From contig RQSC01000598.1 in the NCBI GenBank assembly GCA_013416795.1, positions 51,636-87,460 on the forward strand: a stretch of DNA of 35,825 bases, read 5' to 3'. How positions within the stretch are numbered: the stretch's first letter is position 1; each line of letters opens with the position of its first letter. The notes under the pieces are model-generated. The model saw only the letters and a list, made by a program, of their open reading frames with translations, searched no databases and was not told the DNA's origin. Shown one piece after another: positions 27,889 to 35,825 of the stretch. Origin of the DNA: Prasinococcaceae sp. CCMP 1430 (Eukaryota; Plantae; Prasinodermophyta). The translations under genes were made by a program, and so were the position numbers.

Positions 27889-30800
27889 ATGGCGGCACCG
27901 GGGGCGCGCGAGCGGCTGCTGGCCGGGGCGGCGGGGGACGAGCCGGAGGAAGGCGCGGATGACGCGCTCGCTGCTGCGGCAGCGAGCGCAGGGGGCTTCG
28001 GCACGCCCGCCGCGGGCTGGAGCGCGGCGTGGATACAGACGCGCGCCGTTTTGCGCAAGAACTTCCTGCTGCGTGCGCGCGGCCGCCCGCGCGGCGGGCG
28101 GTGCAACGTGTGCTCCGGCGCGACGAGCTTCGTCCTCGAAGTCTTCTTGCCGATTGTCTTCATCCTTCTCTGCTGCCTTCCGAAGTACCTCTCCCCGATC
28201 GAGTTCCACCCCCGGCATGCGGCCTCGCCCGTGCCCATCGGCGACGCCAGCCACGGGCGCTGGCGGCCGACGCAGATGCAGGTGTGCGCGCCGGCCGCGC
28301 GTGCAGGCCGGCTCTTGCAGCGGCAGCGACGGGGACGCGCGCGAAATCTGTGCGCTGAGTGGGCTCTCTGTGCTGACGCGCGCGTTGCCCTCGCGTCGCG
28401 CTCTCCTCGCACGCCCAGCTTGTGTTCCAGACGCCGCGAGTGTACCTTGCCCCGCGGGATGGCGAGGTCGCCGGCGAGGCGCCCGACGTCAAACGCCTGA
28501 CCTCGGTTGCGCGCACAATGGCAGCCACCTTGGCGTGCTCGGCCGTCGAACAGTACCAGGCGCACACATCCCCCGCCGAGCTGCTCCAGAACCACTCGAG
28601 CTTCGAGTTGTGGTTTATGCTCGAACCGAGCATGCTCCGGCCAGGTTGGACGCCGCCGCCGGGGCTCATCAGCTGCCTCGGCGACTGCGCTGGCGATGCG
28701 TGCGTCGAGTACCTCATGAGCGACCACATCGCTGTGCACAACAGCTCCGCGAGCGCCATCGCGGCGGTGCGCGAAATCGATGTGAACTCGGTGTGCCCAT
28801 TCGTGGTCGAGACGTCGTCGATGAGTGCGGAGGCGGGGCTGGACTACACCATCAGGCAGAACCACACCGACGTGCCCAGCACCAAGCCCAACTTCAGGTA
28901 CTACAAGTTCTTCGGCGAGCCGCCGAAGATATACAGGGACTACTGGGGCTTCGTCAACCTCGAGAGCCTGCTCGACCGGTCAATGATGGGCGTTCTGCGC
29001 GCCGAGCGCGACGGGGACCTCTCGGAGGGCGGAACCGCCCAAGCCTTGCCGCTCACGGTCTCTGTGCAGCCCTTCCCATGGCAAGAGTACACGCTCGACG
29101 TGGGTGCCATCGCTGCCAGCGGCTTCTTCGATCTGCTGATCATCTTCGCCTTCATCATCCCGAGCAAGTCCATAGTCACCACGCTGGTCGAAGAAAAAGA
29201 GCAGCGGTTGCGCGAGGGGATGATGCTGCTCGGCTTGAGGCCTGCGCTCTACTGGGGCACGTGGTTCGTCAACTTCTTCGGCATGCTCGCATTCACGTCT
29301 GCGGGAATGGCGGCCATCGGCACGTACTGCTTCGAGTACTCCAGCGCGCTCGTCATTTATGCCTTCTATCTGAGCTGCGCCTTTGCCATCGTGTCATTCT
29401 CGTTCTGGCTGAGCACGTTCTTTTCGAGCGGCAAGGTCGCGTCCGTGATGGCTGTGTTCCTTTACATCGCCTTCCGCATCCCAGGCATTGTCGTCACGAT
29501 CGTGTGGCCTGACGGCGGCCCGCTAGACAAGTGGGTCATGCTGCTGCCGCCCAGCGCTATCGGCTACTTCGTGCGCACGCTGACCACTCTGGAGATCGGG
29601 CAGTTCGGTGTCACGGCCGAGACGCTGCACACAGACATCTTTGACAACCCTCACTACCCGCTGAGCCCCCTAGAGGTTATTCAGATGCTCGTGCTTGATG
29701 GCTTCCTCTATGGCCTGCTCACGTGGTACACCGACCACGTGATCCCGAAGGAGTGGGGCACGGCGCTGCCGTGGTACTTCCCATTCATGCCGAGCTACTG
29801 GTCTCGCGAGCGGCGCGAGCGGGCGGAGCGCGAGCGGGCGCAGCAGGTGCTGTCGCTCTCGCGTTCGGCGAGCGCGGCGAGCATGGCGAGCGGCGTGCCT
29901 GCCACGAGTGGTAGGGCGAGAGCTGCCGCAGCCGCCGAAGGGAGCAAGGGTGTGCACATCCAGAATCTCACGAAGGTGTTCGGCGACAAGGTCGCGGTGG
30001 ACGGCGTTGACCTGTCGATGCACGCTGGCGAAGTGACTGCCCTCCTCGGCCACAACGGAGCCGGCAAGACGACGACCATTGCGCTCCTCACGGGCATGCT
30101 GCAGCCCACCCAGGGAGATGCGCTCATCGATGGGCTCTCGGTGTCGGAGGACATGGGCGCCATCAGGCGTTCGCTGGGTCTCTGCCCGCAATTCGATATC
30201 CTGTGGCCGAGCATCACCGTCCGCGAGCACTTGGAGATCTTCGCGCGCATCAAGGGCGCGCCCTCGACTGCGGTCGCCGCGGCCGAGGCGGTGCGCGCCG
30301 CCCGCTCCGTGGATCTGGGCGCAAAGATCGACACGCCTGCGAGCGCGCTCTCCGGCGGGCAGCGCCGCAAGTTGTCGCTTGCGATTGCCTTCATGGGTGA
30401 CCCACGCGTGGTGTTCCTCGACGAGCCCACGAGCGGCATGGATCCGTACGCGCGACGCTTCAGCTGGGATGTCATACGCGCGCACAGACGAGACCGCGTC
30501 ATCGTGCTCACAACGCACTTTCTGGACGAGGCCGACCTGCTCGCCGATCGCGTCGCAATCATGGCAAGCGGGCAGGTGGCCGCCGTGGGTTCGCCGCTTG
30601 AGCTGAAAGCACAGTACGGCTGTGGGTATGTGCTGACCATCACGCTTGCGCCGGGCGTAGAGCACAACGAGGCCGTCAAGTCCGCCGTCGCCGCCCACGT
30701 CTGTACTTTCGTGCCAGGGGCTGAGCGAGCGGGCGGCGCCGCGGCCGAGATTCGCTTGAACCTGCCCCAGGCAGAGTCAGCGCGCTTCCCTGCTCTGCTG

Positions 30801-33560
30801 CGGAGCATCGAGGACGACGGGGCCGACCTGGGCATTAGTGGGTTTGGGGTGAGCTGCACGACTCTCGAGGACGTGTTCTTGCGCGTGGGTGAGGATGCAG
30901 GCGTCGACGACAAGGACGATGCCGAGGTCGGGGGATCGCAGGGCTATGAGCAAGAAAGCCACGCGCTGCTCCTCGGGGATCCCGGGGCGGGTGGTCGAGG
31001 TGGCCGAATTCACGCGCATCCAACCTTTCTCGGGCAGTTCGTCGCGCTGCTTTACAAGCGCGTGTGCTGGATGAAGCGCGACAAGCTCGCCTTCACTGTG
31101 CAGCTGGGCGTCCCCGTGCTCTGTGTCGTGCTTGCGCAAATCGCGGGACGTGCGGGCGCGAAGCTGCCTGCACAGCCTCGCCTGGCGATGATCCGCGACA
31201 ACTGCATGGCTGGCCTTCCGGCAGCTGCCGCCGCCACCGATGCCGTGCGCGACGGCATCGCAGGGCTTGCGTCGGTCGTCTGGGAGTCGTACCCAAGCGC
31301 GCATGTGATCGACTCGCACATGAACCGCACTTGCGTGGACAACGTGACGTGCAAGACGGATGGCCTGCTGAACAGCACACTGCCGGGCTTTCTGCTCGAC
31401 ACGTGGTTTCATGGGCCCGACACGTACGACGGCTTCATGGTGCACGCGCCCGAGGCAGGGGCCGAGACGAACACGAGCATGCACTACACCATCCTTGCGA
31501 ACCAAACTGCCTATCACGCCTTGCCCGCGAGCCTGGCCGAGATGGACTCGGTGGTGTTCAACGCGCTCTTCGGGAGCATCGGCGCGAGCGTGCGCGTGTT
31601 CAACGAGCCGCTGCCATACGGCGAGCACGAGGCCGCGACGTACGCGCTGCAGATGGCGAACGACTCGCTGCTCGTGCTCTGCGCGGGCATGGCCATCGCC
31701 ATCCTCTCGGCAGGCTGCGCCGTCTTCGTGGTGCGCGAGCGAGCGTGCGGCGCGCGCCACGTGCAGATGGTGTCGGGCGTCAGCAGCCTGGCATACTGGC
31801 TTGCCACGTACGCCTTCGACTTGATCTTCTTCCTGCTGCCACTGGCCGCTATCATGGCCACGTTCTTCGCGTTCGGCCTCCCGCAGTACGTGGGCAAGGG
31901 GGCGATCGCCGTTGCGCTGCTTCTGCTCACCTTCGCGGCTGCCAGCCTGCCGCTTACGTACCTCCTGCAGCGCCTCTTCGACAACGAGCTCAAGGCGCTC
32001 ACGCGTCTCACGCTTCTGTACTTCCTCTTTGCTTTCTGCGCCGCGATGGCCACGATCGTGGTGCAGATCCTCGCTGCGCAGGACATCGGACACACGCGAG
32101 CCGCGTATGACGTCATGCAGTGGGTATTTCGCATCATTCCGCACTACTGCGTCTGCAAGGGACTGTTCGACCTCAGTTCAAACCATTTGGGCATTCTCGC
32201 CTTCGTCACACCGCCGTACACGCCGCGCACCTTCGGGCCGCTGGACATGGACGTCACCGGGTGGCAGATTGTGTTCCTCGCTGGCGAAGCGGTGATTTTC
32301 TCGCTCTTGCTGCTGCTGGTCGAGAATCCGCCTGACGTCGTCGCGCGGGCCATGCGCGCGGGGCTCCTCCCCACGCTCCTGGGTGCGCTTTCGCCGGGAG
32401 GTGACGGGAGCGCTGCGGCGGGCGCAGCGCGTGCCGCGCAGGAGGGCGACGCAGCAGTCGCGGAGGAGAAGCGCACGGCGGCGGCGCTGTTTGACGCCTC
32501 TGCAGTCGAGCTGAGCGGGAGCGGAGGCGACGCGGCGCCCCTGGTGGTCAAGGACTTGCACAAGGTATACCCCAGCGGCAAGGTGGCCGTTTCTAGCGTG
32601 TCATTCGTGGCTGAGCGTGACCACGTGTTCGGCCTGCTGGGTGTCAATGGCGCTGGGAAGACGACGACGTTCCGCGCGCTGACGGGCGAGATCCAGCCGA
32701 GCGGAGGTGACGCGCGCGTCAACGGCTGCAGCGTGGTGCGAGACCTGCGCGAGGCGCGCACGCACCTGGGCTACTGCCCGCAGTTCGACGCCACGCTGCC
32801 GCTGCTCACCGCCCGCGAGCACCTCTGCATGTACGCGCGGCTGCGCGGCGCCTCGCGCGCGCTCGCGGCGGCCATGTCCGAGGACCTGCTCGGTCGCGTG
32901 GGGCTCAGGCGCCACGCCGACAAGCCCTCGCATGCGCTGAGCGGGGGCAACCGCCGCAAGCTGAGCGTGGCCATCGCGCTGGTGTCGGCGCCAGAATGCG
33001 TGCTGATGGACGAGCCGTCCACGGGCATGGACGCCGGGGCGCGGAGGGCAATGTGGGCGGTGCTCGATGCCGAGCGCGTTGGGCGTGCCATCGTGCTCAC
33101 CTCGCATTCGATGGAGGAGGTGGAGGCCACGTGCGACAGGCTCACTATCATGGTGGACGGTGCCATGCGGTCGATCGGCACGCTGCAGGAGCTCAAGAGC
33201 CGCTACGGCACCGGGTACACGATGGCCTTCCGCGTGCGCAACTCGAAAGCGCTCGCCGAGCTCGACGCCTTCGTGATGCAGACTTTCCCCGGCGCCAAGG
33301 CCACTGAGCAGTCGACTCTCACCGCCAAGTACAACCTGCCGACGGTCAGCGCCGGCGTGAACGGCCAGGGCGACAACGCGGAAGGCGGTGCTCAGCGACT
33401 CAGCGACGCCTTCGCCGCCGTCGAGCGCGAGGTTGGTGCAGAGGCCGAGGGTGGCGGTCGCGTGGGCCACGGCGGCATCGTCGAGTACTCGGTCACGCAA
33501 GCCACGCTCGAGGATGTCTTCATCGGCTTCGCGCGCACGTCGCAAGAGACGCAAGAGTGA
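27889..33560 (+). CDS. ABC transporter subfamily A, full-size (TMD-NBD)x2, ~1844 aa; join(27889..28281,28419..33560)
   Basis: N-terminal LRKNFLL.R motif and EKEQRLRE. NBD1: ALLGHNGAGKTT, LSGGQRRKL, FLDEPTSGMD, LTTHFLDEAD. NBD2: GLLGVNGAGKTT, LSGGNRRKL, MDEPSTGMD, LTSHSMEE. Phase-0 intron 28282-28418. Confidence 0.95.
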
Positions 33561-33802
33561 CGGGGGAGCGCCTTGGCAGCGGTGTACCGTGCTGTGAGTC
33601 AGCCGGCATCCTGTCTGCCGAGCATGAGAACCAATGAGGCACAGGGCTGGTCGTTGTAAACCCGACTGCGTACAATGTCGTGCGCGTCGTGCGCTGCAAG
33701 ACGCAGCGCACACAGTCGCATCCGCGCCGTGGCCAAAAAATGTGCCCCTCCATGGGCAGTGCCTTACACGGCGTGCGCGCGTGTGTGCGCTCGGGCGTGT
33801 GC

Positions 33803-35030
33803 TCACTTGACGTCCTCGAGCTTGACCACCGCGCCCTCGGGCACCGCGGGTATCTTCGCCGCTAGCCGCCACTTGTTCTGCCCATCGGCGAGAGGCACCT
33901 CCAGCACCCACCAGTCGACGACGGCCGCTGGCTTCCCCGGCGCGGTCCCCGCCACCTTGACGCCGCGCTCGCCTGGCGCGGGCGCGGCGCCGTACGCGCT
34001 GAAAAGCTGCTGCGAGCGCACGCGCATGGTCGCCTGCACCACGCCTGGGAAGCGCGCGCGCGTTGTCAGCCAAAGCAGGGCGATGGGCCTGCGGGAGTGC
34101 GCGCGGCGGTGGTGTGCGGTCGTGCGCGGGCGCGCGAGCGCGCGCGAGCGAGAGAGAGAGAGAGAGCGAGAGAGAGCGCATTGCCCGCGCACCTCTGTTG
34201 AGACTGCGGTCGAGCACGTGCGCGCGCATCTGGATGAGCTCTATTGCGGGCTTCTCGGCGAGCTCCCACTCCATGCGCTCCCATCCGGCGCGCCGCCGCG
34301 CGCGGCTCTCGCTGCGCAAGGCGGCCATCGCAGTGGGCGTCACCAGCGCGTCCACGCGGTGCAGCGCGCCCTCGCCGCCGGCGCTGGCGGCGCTCACTTG
34401 CTCGAAGAGCTCGGAGGCCTCGGCCTTGAAGGCATCCTTGCCGTGCGTCTTGCCCTGCGCCGCTCAGCCTGCGCGTCAGACAGGGGGCGCCAGAGGCGGC
34501 GGCGCGGGCTGGCGCGCAGGGCCCACCGGCGCGGGGCGCACCGGCGCGGGCGCGCCTGCGCAGTGCCGCACCTTGCGCGTGCACAGGGCGATGGCCCACA
34601 TCGACGATACGCCCTGGTTGAAGCGCGCGCGCAGGTAGCTGAACCCCTTCGAGCTGGAGAGCGCGTCGGCCAGCGACGGCGCCTCGATGGGACCCCGGTA
34701 CGGGTCGACCACGAAGCCCGGCGACTCGACGCCGCCGCCCGACGTCTGCACGGCGCCCGAGTCGGACGCCGTCGCGGCGATGCGTCCGCGGCGGATCTGC
34801 GCGGGCCCGCCGCTGCGCGCCGAGCGCGGCCGCGCGCGCGACGCCCATGGCCGGAGCGAGCGACGCCCCGGCCGCGCACTGTGGGCCCGACGGCGCGACG
34901 CGCCGCCCACCTGCCCGGCGGGGAAGGGGTGGAGGGGTGTATGGGTGGGGTGGGGTGGGGTGTGTGGGGGGTAGTGAGGCGGCCTGCTGCACCAGTGCAC
35001 CGCACGCACGCAGACCCCAACTCTACTCAT
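33803..35030 (-). CDS. Tim44-like / MRPL45-like organellar protein; exons 35030..35010, 34910..34572, 34454..34193, 34044..33803
   Basis: Arg/Ser/Ala-rich presequence (MSRVGVC-VGGASRRRAHSARPGRRSLR). Tim44-fold pattern FKAEASELFEQV...LVTP...QATMRVRSQQ...VVDWWVLE...WRLAAKI. All introns are GT-AG and phase-consistent. Confidence 0.75.
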
Positions 35031-35150
35031 AAAACCATAAACATCAAAACCCAAACCTAAACCCCGGGGCAGTCGACGGGTGCAAGCTGGATCCCCTCCG
35101 TAGCCCTGGGTCCCTGGAATCGAATGCCCGCCAAAAGTTCGCGATCACCG

Positions 35151-35416
35151 ATCATGGCCCGGGGCAGTCACTGGGGCAGACCGGGTGTTCTGTGATTGTT
35201 CCATCATCGCCCAGGGCAGTCATTGGGGCAGACCGGGTTTTCTGTGATTGTTCCATCATCGCCCAGGGCAGTCATTGGGGCAGCAATTGTTCGATCATTG
35301 CCCAGGGCAGTCATTGCCCAGGGCAGTCATTGGGTCAGACCGGCTTTACTGGAATTGTTCCATCATTTCCCAGGTCAGTCGTAGGGTCAGACCGGGTTCG
35401 CTGTGATTGTTCCGAT
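35151..35416. repeat. Minisatellite, ~52-bp unit, about 5 degenerate copies
   Basis: Consensus ATCATCGCCCAGGGCAGTCATTGGGGCAGACCGGGTTTTCTGTGATTGTTCC. Copies 1-2 are at 35151-35202 and 35203-35254; later copies carry an internal deletion or duplication. Confidence 0.9.
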
Positions 35417-35825
35417 CGGGGACCTGACGTGTGGCGGCGGCGCCGCGCGGCCGATCAACAGCCCGGCGCCGAACCAAAAAAAAACGCTTTTTTTTTTTGC
35501 CGCCGCTTCGAAGCGGCGGCGGCGGCAAAAAAAAAATTATGAGAGGGCGAGGCGCCGCAGCGCGCCGGGAGGAAAGGGGGGGGGTGTCGGGGAGAGGGGC
35601 GCGAGGCGGCGGCGGGGGCGCGCGGCGGGGGCGGAGGTGGCCTCGGCGCCATCGCCGTGCGCGTCCGGGAGATCCTCCCCCTTCCCCTCCTACCCCCCCC
35701 CCGCGCGCGCGCGCGCGCGCTCGCGCGCTCGATATTTTCCCCCCGCGTGCGCTGCGAAGCGCCCACGCACCCCTCGCGCCGTAGGTGCCGGCGGCGCGCG
35801 CGGCGGCATGCGCAGCCGCTGCAGG

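Noticed and set aside
27650-34397. Alternative-frame and antisense ORFs across the ABCA gene (e.g. 27650-29512 +, 30777-32144 -, most of 32601-34397 -)
   Set aside because: They are shadows of the ABCA CDS. Only the 34193-34397 part of the last ORF is a real exon (Tim44-like gene).
35151-35416. CRISPR-like array
   Set aside because: The units are contiguous degenerate tandem copies without unique spacers, the context is eukaryotic, and there are no cas genes.

Overview
This is very GC-rich eukaryotic nuclear DNA with spliceosomal introns: mostly GTGCGY donors, CTGAC/CTAAT branch motifs, (Y)AG acceptors and many (CA)n/(GT)n microsatellites. Plant-type signatures in SSRP1 (LRKGQTYYPH), PrxQ, PSRP1 and an exportin-T N-terminus point to a green alga, prasinophyte-like; this is inference. 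About 16 protein genes are supported, in order: OVATE-domain protein (5' end outside the window), secreted orphan, Sulfotransfer_2 sulfotransferase, thioredoxin-fold/hemerythrin fusion with in-frame UGA (UxxC) and a candidate SECIS, PrxQ, 5-exon bacterial-type glucokinase, orphan exportin-T first exon, ExoIII/APE2-like nuclease, HPP transporter with a long N-terminal domain, COG0523 GTPase, PSRP1, bacterial-type thiolase ending in ARL, PRKCSH-like membrane protein, SSRP1 without an HMG box, MYST acetyltransferase, full-size ABCA transporter and a Tim44/MRPL45-like protein. Non-coding features are a Tc1/mariner-type MITE (22-bp TIRs, TA duplication), several TACAGTA/TACTGTA footprint-like motifs, an A1-internal-B1A2-B2 split-direct-repeat element, a thrice-repeated intergenic motif and a ~52-bp minisatellite. 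The top leads are the selenoprotein with its SECIS and the OVATE domain in an alga. All homology calls come from motif recognition by eye; no searches were run. The assembly contains Ns (10273-10300, 18299, 23504), and several 5' ends are unresolved and may reflect indel errors. Most long ORFs in the supplied track are GC-rich shadows or microsatellite read-through.
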